Positions 46,470-54,698 of a stretch of 64,000 nt of DNA are shown one piece after another; the stretch's first letter is position 1; every line of letters starts with the position of its first letter. The DNA is taken from assembly GCA_030748735.1 (NCBI GenBank), contig JASMLK010000115.1, forward strand, positions 354 through 64,353. Reading direction: 5' to 3'. The notes beneath the pieces are model-generated. The model was not told where the DNA came from and made no database searches. It saw nothing but the letters and a program-made list of their open reading frames with translations. The position numbers and the translations under genes are program-made. Source of the DNA: Myxococcota bacterium. Lineage in GTDB: Bacteria > Myxococcota_A > UBA9160 > UBA4427.

Positions 46470-47624
46470 ATGGGAAACGAATCCCCCTACATCCTCTACG
46501 GGTCGTACGCTTCATACGCCACGGCCGAAACGCGAAGCTATCTGCGCAAGAAGGGGATCCCCTTCGTCGAGCACCTGCCGGCTTCGAAGCGTTTTCGCGA
46601 ATACGTCCGCCCGACCAGCGAGAACCACCGCATCCCGCAGCTCGAAGCACCGGACGGCACCGTCGTGCAAGACACGCGGGCGATCTTCGACTTTCTAGAA
46701 GCGCGCTTTCCGGAGCCAGCCGCCTACCCACCGGGTCCGCGACAAGAACTCGTCGTGCGTCTCTTCGAGGTACTGCTCGAATCCGAGCTTGGGCGTGTCG
46801 CCTGGCACTACCGCTGGAACTTCATGGAACAGAACTACGGCTTCGTGGGCCGCGAGTTCGGCCGCTCCTTCAAGCCACAGGGAACCGACGAAGAACTCGA
46901 TCACTACGGCGCCGTCATCGCGGAGCGGATGGAAGGCAAGCGCGCGGGGTTCGGCGACAGCCCTGCCCTCTGGCCTGTGCTCGAGCAGATCTACTTCGAA
47001 GCCCTCGACATTCTCGAGGAACACTTCACGACGCAGCCGTACCTGTTCGGCGGACTGCCGAGCATCGCCGACCATGTGCTGATGGGCTCGCTCTTCGGTC
47101 ACCTCGCGCGAGACCCCGAACCTTCTCGGCTGATGAAGCTTCGCGCACCGCGCGTCTTTCGTTGGACCGAGCACATGAACACGCCGGAGATCCAGTCACC
47201 GGAATTCGCCGAGACGCAGATGACATACCTGGCAAACGACCAGGTCCCCGAGACGATGCTCTCGCTACTGCGAATGTGCATCGAGGACACAGCGCCAGCT
47301 CTGCTCGAGAGCGTCGCCCTCTACAACGCCTGGGCCGAAGAACACGCCGACCTACCGGGGCAGTCCGTCATCTCGCCCGAGGGTTTCGACGAGGCCGCTG
47401 TCGGGAAGTTCGAGGCCGAGATCCGCGGCGTCCCGGTGCCAATGGCCGCCTCGACCTATCAGCTCTGGGTGCTTCAGCGCGGTCTCGACTGGTTCGCCGC
47501 CCAGGGAGAAAGCGATCGTGAAGCAGGCAGAGCGTTGCTGAAGGCATGCGGAGGCGACGCGCTGCTGGACATCGCACTCGAGCGACCGCTGACTCGCGTC
47601 GGGAGTCGGATGGCAGTAGCCTGA
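46470..47624 (+). CDS. Glutathione S-transferase-like protein (long form)
   Basis: ATG 46470 follows GGAGA. YILYGSYASYATAETRSYLRKKGIPFVEH...IPQLEAPDGTVVQDTRAIFDFLE (Trx-like N-domain). Paralogous to 36770..37810. Confidence 0.7.
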   Translation: MGNESPYILYGSYASYATAETRSYLRKKGIPFVEHLPASKRFREYVRPTSENHRIPQLEAPDGTVVQDTRAIFDFLEARFPEPAAYPPGPRQELVVRLFEVLLESELGRVAWHYRWNFMEQNYGFVGREFGRSFKPQGTDEELDHYGAVIAERMEGKRAGFGDSPALWPVLEQIYFEALDILEEHFTTQPYLFGGLPSIADHVLMGSLFGHLARDPEPSRLMKLRAPRVFRWTEHMNTPEIQSPEFAETQMTYLANDQVPETMLSLLRMCIEDTAPALLESVALYNAWAEEHADLPGQSVISPEGFDEAAVGKFEAEIRGVPVPMAASTYQLWVLQRGLDWFAAQGESDREAGRALLKACGGDALLDIALERPLTRVGSRMAVA

Positions 47625-47794
47625 GCACGACGTATGCAAGAACCCTCTCCGCTTCCTCCGGGCAGGTCGAGATCGAGGACCTCCCGCGTTTCGGCTCGTT
47701 GAACCTCGGAGAAGTGTCTCGCGAACGCTGATCGATCCACGTCACGAGCTTCCGATCCTCGGCGGGCTGCAACGCAACTTCGTGGACGCACAGC

Positions 47795-49453
47795 TCAGGG
47801 CGCGACTCGGGCACTCGCCACGGCGCTCTCTTCCCAGCCGTAACGCAGGGCCTTCGCTTCCACGCGTTGGCCTGACCGTACGGGGACGGGTCCGCGGTAG
47901 ACCCGCCAGTCCCCTCCCGCGAGCCGGAAGCCGATCGAGGCACCGGCCGTCGCGCAACTCATCGTCGCCCGTCCTGCTTCTATCTGGATGGTGGGCGCAG
48001 CCGTCTCTGGAACCTCACCACCGGGAACCATGCGCTCCTTCATTGCGGCCTCGGGCTCTTCACTCCAGTCCCCGATCTGGGCCAACCGTTTGTCGAGCGC
48101 AGCGCGCAGCCGGGCCAGGGTTTCGGCATGGGCCGGATCGTCCGCGTGATCGACGAGCTCGTGAGGGTCATGCTCGAGATCGAAGAGACGCTCTTCACCC
48201 GGAGGCTCGAACCACAAGCGCTGTTCGGGAGTGAGTTCGCCCGCGGCGTGCAGTGCGTGCAACTCACGCATCATGTCGGTCTTGTCGCGGAATTCGAGAC
48301 GGTGGCCACCGGGTTGGTCGGGTACGTCGCTGCGGATCAACTTGTAGCGACCATCGCGGACGGCCCGCTGGCGGTCGAAGACCTCGTCGATTCGGTCTCG
48401 GCTCGCGAAGACGTACTCGCGCCCGGGGCCCTTGATGAAGTCCCGACCATGCATGTGCGTCGGCGCCTCCACCCCACCCCAACGCAGAAAGGTCGGCGCA
48501 AAGTCGACGAAGCTCACGAGCCGAAGGTCTTCACTGCCGGGCTCCATCTCGGGCGGACGCAGGCGCTCGGGCCAGCGAACGATCATCGGCACCCGGATCC
48601 CCGAGTCGTAGAGTTCCCGCTTCGCGCGGGGAAGCGCATCGCCGTGGTCGGTGGTGAAGACGACGACCGTTTCTTCGAGCAGACCTTCGTCACGCAGGCG
48701 CTCCATCCACTCGCCGACCCGCGCATCCATCTGGTGGATGTTGTCGTAGTGGCGCGCGATCGCGGCGCGCACGGTCGGCGTGTCGGGGAAGTACGGCGGG
48801 ACGGCGACATCCGCCGGGTTCGTCACCGACTCGGAATGGCCGATCGCCAGGCGCATCAACTGGACGCCCAGGGTGGTCACGCTGCGAGGCCACGCCTCGA
48901 ACAGCCGCGGATAGAGGCCACTCTCGTGCGTCTCCATGAGGTTGACGAACGCAAAGAACGGCTGGCCTTCGGCGCGTCCGGACCAGTCTGCACTGCCAGG
49001 ACTGTCGAAGATCGGGAACGGCGCCGACGTGAAGACGCCGCTGAACTGATAGTCGTGCTTCACTTCGTTCGTCGTGTAGTAACCCGAAGCGCGAAGCAGC
49101 TCCGGGTAGGCCTTGGCGTGGGCGGGCGGCACGGCGACGTAGCCGCCGGCGGGATCAGAAGACGAGCGCATGTGCTGGGTGCCCGTCGAGATCTGATGCA
49201 TGCCCAGGATGTGCGCAGCGCGGCTCGGTGCGCACACGCCCGCGGTGGTGAATGTGTTCGGGAAGCGCACGCCATCCCGTGCGAGCGCATCGATGTGGGG
49301 CGTACTCGCTACCGGATCACCGAAAGCACCGATCCGCGCGCTCAAGTCCTCGGCCATGAGGAGCAGGATGTTGGGGCGCGGCTCGGCGGAGGCGATCGTT
49401 CCCCAGCAGACACACAGCAATAAAGCCAGAACGAAACTTCGAGTCGACGCCAT
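47795..49453 (-). CDS. Sulfatase (type I, formylglycine-dependent)
   Basis: Signal peptide, NILLLMAEDL, and TTAGVCAPSRAAHILG (C-x-P-x-R). Confidence 0.85.
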   Translation of the reverse strand: MASTRSFVLALLLCVCWGTIASAEPRPNILLLMAEDLSARIGAFGDPVASTPHIDALARDGVRFPNTFTTAGVCAPSRAAHILGMHQISTGTQHMRSSSDPAGGYVAVPPAHAKAYPELLRASGYYTTNEVKHDYQFSGVFTSAPFPIFDSPGSADWSGRAEGQPFFAFVNLMETHESGLYPRLFEAWPRSVTTLGVQLMRLAIGHSESVTNPADVAVPPYFPDTPTVRAAIARHYDNIHQMDARVGEWMERLRDEGLLEETVVVFTTDHGDALPRAKRELYDSGIRVPMIVRWPERLRPPEMEPGSEDLRLVSFVDFAPTFLRWGGVEAPTHMHGRDFIKGPGREYVFASRDRIDEVFDRQRAVRDGRYKLIRSDVPDQPGGHRLEFRDKTDMMRELHALHAAGELTPEQRLWFEPPGEERLFDLEHDPHELVDHADDPAHAETLARLRAALDKRLAQIGDWSEEPEAAMKERMVPGGEVPETAAPTIQIEAGRATMSCATAGASIGFRLAGGDWRVYRGPVPVRSGQRVEAKALRYGWEESAVASARVAP

Positions 49454-50257
49454 CGGCGCGGATACTACTCGAGCTGAACCGCCGGGGTTCGTGCAGAGAA
49501 CCCCGCGCCAGGCGGATCATCCAGCGCCCGCTCTTCGTCCGACGGGAGGCTCACATCGTCGTCCATCGCTCGGGTTCCTCGATCTCTGCCGCACGGGGGG
49601 GGGCTGCCTGCAAGTGCAATCATGTGATCTTATGCAATCAACTCCGTCGATCGATGCCCTCGGCAGGACGGCCAATGCTTCTGCTTCGCAGAGCAGTTCG
49701 GGCCGACATACCGGAGCCGCGACCAACACGTTGGAGAAGCCCTCGAAGCCAGCTTTTCGGAACTTCACGCGAAGGCGTGCCGCGTCGGCTGGGCGCTTCA
49801 AGTAGGTGATGGCAGAGCGCTTCCATGGACGCAATCACCACGAAATCCGAGATCCCCACCTCACAAGGCAACGAGGCGGGAGTCGCGGGCGGCCTGAAAT
49901 CCGGCGGCAACATGCAGAAGATCCAATTCAAAGAGAGAAACACGAACCACGACCTCTGGACGCGACCGTTGCGCTCCGGGCTACGCGGGAGGCACAAGTA
50001 CGATCGCCTGGTCGAAATCTGCCAGGACCGCGGCGTCCATACGCCTGAAGATCCGTTCGTGTTGTGGGAAGGCGATGGTGGAATGATGATGACGGAGATT
50101 CCGGCAGCAGTGGTCCTGCACGATGCGATTGGGGGGACACCCTGACCATGGGCGAAGTGGTCTGGACCCTCGACCAGCACGGGGAGACCGTCGAGTTGCC
50201 CGGCAGTACGCCTGGCTGCGATCGCTCTTGATCGTCGCCTGTTGCTAAGATCTCCGT

Positions 50258-50707
50258 GTGTTCGAACGCATGGCCCCGCAGACACTCAAGGTCTGGTTGA
50301 TCGTCGCAGCAGCGATCTACTTCTTCTTCCCATTCGACCTCGTTCCCGACTTCTTCGGTCTTCCGGGACGCATCGACGACCTTGGCATCATCGCGTTGCT
50401 GGCATGGTTCTACCGAAACCATCTCGCTCGACTCGCGGCGTCAGCGGCCGGGCAGACCGGTGGTTCTACCAACAACCGCGCCGGACGAGACGCCGGCGAA
50501 CCAGCGCGGACCGCAAAGACGTTCGACGCGCATCAGGTGCTGGGCGTCCCGCGAACGGCATCGAGCGACACGATCAAGGCCGCATATCGCGCGCGCATGC
50601 AGGAGTATCATCCCGACAAAGTGGCCCATCTCGGAGAAGAGCTGCAGCAGCTGGCACACGAGAAGTCGCAGGAAATCCAGCGCGCCTATCGGCAGCTCAC
50701 GGGTTGA
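50258..50707 (+). CDS. DUF1232 (YkvA-like) membrane domain fused to a J domain
   Basis: YFFFPFDLVPDFFGLPGRIDDLG (DUF1232 pattern). C-terminal J domain (AHQVLGVPRTASSDTIKAAYRARMQEYHPDK). The start is GTG 50258 or ATG 50270. Confidence 0.75.
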   Translation: MFERMAPQTLKVWLIVAAAIYFFFPFDLVPDFFGLPGRIDDLGIIALLAWFYRNHLARLAASAAGQTGGSTNNRAGRDAGEPARTAKTFDAHQVLGVPRTASSDTIKAAYRARMQEYHPDKVAHLGEELQQLAHEKSQEIQRAYRQLTG

Positions 50708-50876
50708 ATCGAGCTTTCCGGCGCAATCCCAGATCTTGTTGAACCAGGATTGGCCTGGGCATCGCCCGACGGTAGAGCGGGAACATCCCCAGGGAGTCCG
50801 ACGGCTCAGGTCCCCGCCAAGCGTTCGCGGTTACGTGCAACTGGATTCGAATCCAGTCGCCTCCTTCGGCTGAATG

Positions 50877-50908
50877 TGGTGGAGCCGGCGCGAATCGAAC
50901 CCGGGTCC
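50877..50908. repeat. Degenerate copy of the ssrA 3' end (distal att-like site)
   Basis: tggtggagccggcgcgaatcgaacccgggtcc versus the ssrA 3' end tggtggaggcggcgggaatcgaacccgcgtcc (29/32 identical). The T-arm is no longer self-complementary, so this is a remnant and not a gene. Confidence 0.5.
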
Positions 50909-50933
50909 AGGAAACGTGCAGGTCGAGGTCGAG

Positions 50934-51833
50934 CTACTCGAACTTCATGCCGTCCTTACGACCTTCGCGCAGGAATGCCGCCTCAGAACCCTCCGCCTCG
51001 ATGATGGCTTGCACCTTCTCGTCGGTGTGACGTTCATCGGTAACCAGATCAACGTACATTTCCATTCCGAACGCGCCGTCCAGATCATTGACGATGCGCT
51101 GCTTCCACTGGCGACGGAAGACCTGGGTCGTCACACGACGGGTGACTCGAGGCTGTGACATGAGGCGGTCAGCGATCTCGTAGGCGCGTTCGACCAGCTT
51201 TTCCTTCGGTACCAGTTCGCTGACCAGCCCCCAGTCCAGAGCCGTCTTGGCATCGATCGCCTTGCCCATCCACATGGCGTACGAAGCTCGACGGATCCCC
51301 ATCAGTTCGATGAAGCAGCTGTGGATGCCGTCGCCGGGGACCAGGCCGAAGCCGTAGTGGTCGTCCATGATGATCGCGTCGTCGGAGGCGATCACGATGT
51401 CCATCATCAGGCCGATCTCAGTGTGAAAACCGAAGCCCGGGAACGCACAGATGGTCGGGAATTCGATGTCGTGAATCAGAGAGATCAGCATCTGACGACC
51501 GTCGTAGAACATGTTCTCGTAGGTCGCGCGCTTCGGGTCACCACCCAAAGCCGGCTCTTCGATCTGGGCCCAGCTATCGGTGTCGAAACCGCGCATCCAG
51601 TTGTCGCCCTTGGCCGTGAAGATGAGCACCTCGTTCTTCGGATCAGAGCCGATGGTGCGGAATAGCTGCCAGATGGCACGGTGCAGCTCAGCGTTCCACT
51701 GAACTTCGCCACCCAGCGTGTGCATGCAGACGTAGAGAACGCCGTCATCACGGCGCTCCATCTCGAAGTGCTCCTTGAAGAGCTCCTTGTACTCCTTGAA
51801 TTCCGGTGTGGGGATCCAGTTGGTCAGTGACAT
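50934..51833 (-). CDS. Crotonase/enoyl-CoA hydratase superfamily protein
   Basis: 299 aa. ...VLIFTAKGDNWMRGFD..., and the AFPGFGFHTEIGLMMDIVIASDDA oxyanion-hole region. By eye, third codon positions are more AT-rich than in the neighbours. Confidence 0.7.
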   Translation of the reverse strand: MSLTNWIPTPEFKEYKELFKEHFEMERRDDGVLYVCMHTLGGEVQWNAELHRAIWQLFRTIGSDPKNEVLIFTAKGDNWMRGFDTDSWAQIEEPALGGDPKRATYENMFYDGRQMLISLIHDIEFPTICAFPGFGFHTEIGLMMDIVIASDDAIIMDDHYGFGLVPGDGIHSCFIELMGIRRASYAMWMGKAIDAKTALDWGLVSELVPKEKLVERAYEIADRLMSQPRVTRRVTTQVFRRQWKQRIVNDLDGAFGMEMYVDLVTDERHTDEKVQAIIEAEGSEAAFLREGRKDGMKFE

Positions 51834-51862
51834 CTCACAGTCTCCTTGGTTCGTCGTTGGGG

Positions 51863-52519
51863 TCAGGGTGACGACCGGTCCGGTAGCGGCAGATCGATCG
51901 CGGAAAGTTCCTCATTGGCGATGGCCTCGGCCTCGTCGTCGGGGATGCCCAGCAGTCGCAATGCGTGTGCGGTGAAAGTGACTTCGGCCTCGGCGGGCAG
52001 CTCACCCTCGAGGCGCCGGCGCATCAACGCCTCGGCTCCGCCGCCGATCATCGTGTAGATGATCTCGAGATCGTCGAAGTGGAAACGTCCGGAGTCGAGT
52101 CCACGCTGGATGTCCCGGCGTCCGTAGACACCCACCGCCAGGCCACCCATCGAGATCAGGTTCCCCACGCGCAAGATGAACCAGCCGAGCGCCGGATCTT
52201 CGACGCAGGCGCGGAGCATGTGCCGCAGGCTCGTAGCAACCACTCGGGCGGCGTCGTCGCGCACGGGTTCGGTGAGCATGTCGAGTGCGCGACCGAGTTC
52301 GGCGAAGGTCTCCTCGATGACCGCCCGCAGGCACGCATCCTTCGAATCGAAGTTGTTGTAGAAGCTGCCCTTCGCGACGTCAGCCGCGTCGGTGATGTCC
52401 TGGATGGTGGTGGCGCCCACCCCCTGCGACGCGAACACCTCGCGGGCGGCGGCCAGCAAGGCGGCCCGGGTTCGAAGGCGTCTTCGCGCGGCTCGGTTGT
52501 CGGTCTTGGGTTCGGCCAT
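51863..52519 (-). CDS. TetR/AcrR family transcriptional regulator
   Basis: HTH LLAAAREVFASQGVGATTIQDITDAADVAKGSFYNNFDSKD. Confidence 0.85.
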   Translation of the reverse strand: MAEPKTDNRAARRRLRTRAALLAAAREVFASQGVGATTIQDITDAADVAKGSFYNNFDSKDACLRAVIEETFAELGRALDMLTEPVRDDAARVVATSLRHMLRACVEDPALGWFILRVGNLISMGGLAVGVYGRRDIQRGLDSGRFHFDDLEIIYTMIGGGAEALMRRRLEGELPAEAEVTFTAHALRLLGIPDDEAEAIANEELSAIDLPLPDRSSP

Positions 52520-52963
52520 GGCCCAGTTGATACCCGGAAATGACTATTTGGTCAACTATGAATTATCGGTCACCTAGATTTTCGGCGGATTTCGCGAAGA
52601 CCCGGCTCGAAACTCCTTCGATAGGGTCGAAGCGGCCGCGGCGATTGGGAAATCGCCTGGCCGGAGCCGTCACCCCAGCAGATGCTGCGGGTTCCCCCGT
52701 CACGATCGACCAGCCGGGAACTCCCGGCCGGCGCCTGTTACCAATGCACGCCCGGGATGCGGTGTGCGAAGACCTTGGCCTCGGGGACACCTCTCCGGTT
52801 CCTGCCTCATCGGCGTGGGCCTTGGCCGCAAGCGAATCGGGGAAGATGCGGACGGCCATGTTGACTGTCGCATGGTCGGTGGGGAGAGTTCCGCGGGCGG
52901 TACGATCTCCCCTACCCAGGTGGTCGCCATGTGCTGGGCTCGAGACCACGGAAGGAGACTGTG

Positions 52964-54112
52964 ATGCCGCAAGTCAGCGAGACGATTCCCGAAGCGTTGA
53001 AGCCGCGCGTCGATGCCGCACTCGCATGGTTCAACGCGTCCGCTGATGCGGCCGAAGACGAGTTCAAGGTGACGGGCATCCTCGACGCAGACGAGGCGCT
53101 GAGTGGGTCAGACGAGCTACGGCTCATCCTGTGCGGCGGGGATCGCTGCGAGCAACGCTCGTTTCGGGTCGGTGGCACCGTAGATGCGTGGGAGATCGAC
53201 TTCGCCGATTCTGCCCTGGCACCGCAGGACGCGAAGCCGCAGGCCGAGCTCGACCCGCCGCCGGGGCCACGCCTTCGTTGGCTCGACGAAAAACTCTCGC
53301 AACACGCCTTCGTCGTCCTGCTCTTCTACCGGGGCTTCTGGTGACCTCCGTGTCGCTCCGAGTTGCGGAGCTACATGCGCGAGGGCGTCGTCCGGAAGAT
53401 CCGCGCCGCAGGTGGCGAGGTCTATGCCGTCACCAGCGAGCCGCAGTATTTGGCCAATCAGGCCCACGAACACTGGGAGCTCGACTTCGAGAACGTCGGT
53501 GACCCCCATCAGGAGATCTCGAGAACCTGCAGTGAGCGCGGTTGGCTGACCCTCTATGCGAACAAGGGCGACCTCGAGTTTCTGCAACGCGGGGCGGACT
53601 GGGAGGTCGAGCATCCGAAGGGCTACTTCCAGCCGGGCGTGCTGGCCCTGACGAACACAGGGCGCGTTCTCTACCGCTGGCGCTCGGTGCCGTCGGCCGA
53701 GAACCTGAGCGGCACACTCGCGCGACCCACGGCTCGGCACGCATGGGGTGCCATCGAGAGATCACTCGCAGCCCGTGACGCCGCCGGAGATGCCGCGCAC
53801 GACGACAACCCCGAGATCGACCAGGCACCGCCGCCGCGAATCGTCTTCGTCGCTGCATTGATCGCGAACGGCTGGTTCGTAGGCGTGAAGTCGTTCGCCT
53901 ACTCGCCCGGGGTGGGATCGGTCCCCTCGCGCTTCGCCAAAGCCGCATCGCGTTGGCTGCTCTTCCTGGCGTTCTGGGCCGCCGCACTGGTCTGCTTGCC
54001 GACCGTGCTCGTCGGGTTGGCCTTTGCCGGCTGGGTTGTATGGATCGTGCGGGACATCCGGCGTGTGCTCGGTGGCCTGGATGTGCAGGAGGAACTCGTC
54101 GCGAATCGGTGA
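52964..54112 (+). CDS. Three-part redoxin protein (unknown N-domain, thioredoxin-fold redoxin domain, C-terminal TM helices), predicted selenoprotein with Sec encoded by TGA 53342-53344
   Basis: ORFs 52931..53344 and 53363..54112 share one frame and are separated only by TGA. Read-through gives HAFVVLLFYRGFW-U-PPCRSELRSYMREGVVRKIRAAGGEVYAVTSE. A hairpin sits at the same offset as in the first case. ATG 52964 follows GGAAGGAGA. Confidence 0.65.
53351..53375 (+). promoter_or_regulatory. Candidate bacterial SECIS hairpin
   Basis: UGU-C-GCUCCG-AGUUG-CGGAGC-U-ACA (6-bp core plus 3 bp across a C/U mismatch). The core starts 10 nt after the UGA. The loop lies at +17..+21. Confidence 0.5.
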
Positions 54113-54202
54113 GGCTTGCGGTCGCGCGGCGAGGGCGCAGACAGCACGCGCTGCTCACATGATCGAGGTGCGGCTGAGTGAACCCAAGGCGCAGATTCGG
54201 CT

Positions 54203-54232
54203 TGGCGGAGGCGGCGGGAATCGAACCCGGGT
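54203..54232. repeat. Degenerate copy of the ssrA 3' end (att-like direct repeat)
   Basis: tggcggaggcggcgggaatcgaacccgggt versus ssrA 59893-59922 tggtggaggcggcgggaatcgaacccgcgt (28/30 identical). No matching 5' acceptor strand lies upstream, so this is not an intact tRNA or tmRNA. Confidence 0.6.
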
Positions 54233-54308
54233 ACGGTTCAATGAAATCAGGGACTTACACCGACAATCGGTGCCTCTCGGGCAGCCTGGCCTGATCACCT
54301 GGATTTGA

Positions 54309-54334
54309 GGTTATATAACCCAACTATTGGGTTA
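54309..54334. promoter_or_regulatory. Overlapping palindromes upstream of the wHTH gene (candidate operator)
   Basis: GGTTATATAACC (perfect 12-nt palindrome) overlaps AACCCAACTATTGGGTT (7-3-7 inverted repeat), about 30 nt upstream of the likely start. Confidence 0.35.
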
Positions 54335-54365
54335 TAGTGCCGACCCCCCGATGAGGTCGGTCAGC

Positions 54366-54698
54366 ATGCTCGAAGGCATCTTCGGAAACGCCAGCGCCGA
54401 GAAAGTCCTGCTCTACCTCGAGCAGTACGAAGAAGGCTACGCGACGGCGATCGCCCGCACCTTCGACGACCTCTCGCTGAACATGGCGCAGCGTCAGCTC
54501 GAGCGATTCGAGCGGGCTGGCGCGCTGGTGAGCTCGCTAAAGGGCCGCACCCGCCTCTACACCTGGAATCCCCGCTATCCGTTTCGGCGCGAGCTGCGCG
54601 CCCTCCTCCGCAAGGCGCTCGACCAGCTGCCCGCGTCCGAGCGGAAGCGCTACTTCACCGAGCGCAGGCGGCCGCGCCGAGCGAGCAAGCCGCTTTGA
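54366..54698 (+). CDS. Winged-helix (ArsR/MarR-like) DNA-binding protein
   Basis: MLEGIFGNASAEKVLLYLEQYEEGYATAIARTFDDLSLNMAQRQLERFERAGALVSSLKGRTRLYTWN. GAGG lies 9 nt before ATG 54366. The ORF-track start at 54327 is a TTG inside the palindrome. Confidence 0.6.
   Translation: MLEGIFGNASAEKVLLYLEQYEEGYATAIARTFDDLSLNMAQRQLERFERAGALVSSLKGRTRLYTWNPRYPFRRELRALLRKALDQLPASERKRYFTERRRPRRASKPL

Larger units (their letters stand above)
50877..54232. mobile_element. Putative distal ssrA-associated genomic islet (no integrase)
   Basis: Bounded by the two ssrA-3'-end-like repeats at 50877 and 54203. Contains a crotonase-like gene, a TetR gene and the second predicted selenoprotein. Confidence 0.45.

Noticed and set aside
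49517-49834. Minus-strand ORF with faint PIN/VapC-like stretches (..SAITYLK.., ..ELLCEAEALA..).
   Set aside because: The spacing of the putative acidic residues does not fit a PIN domain. The similarity needs two frames and is too weak to call without a profile search.
49825-50145. 106-aa plus-strand ORF in the low-GC patch.
   Set aside because: There is no RBS, no recognisable motif, and atypical composition. It is kept only as part of the unexplained-region finding.
50793-50864. tRNA-like stretch containing the perfect palindrome ACTGGATTCGAATCCAGT (50838-50856). It was considered as a tRNA, and as tRNA-Sec because of its resemblance to the E. coli selC anticodon arm (CTGGACTTCAAATCCAG).
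   Set aside because: No acceptor stem can be formed (5 of 7 pairs at best). The loop is 6 or 8 nt rather than 7, and the would-be anticodon is not UCA. The D and anticodon arms do not fold. It is probably a hairpin or a decayed fragment next to the att-like repeat.
54203-54295. Possible intact tRNA gene on the minus strand ending ...GGTTCGATTCCCGCCGCCTCCGCCA.
   Set aside because: No complementary 5' acceptor strand (GGAGGCG) lies upstream. The T-stem has a mismatch and there is no canonical anticodon loop. Only the last 30 nt or so match ssrA, so it is an att-type remnant.
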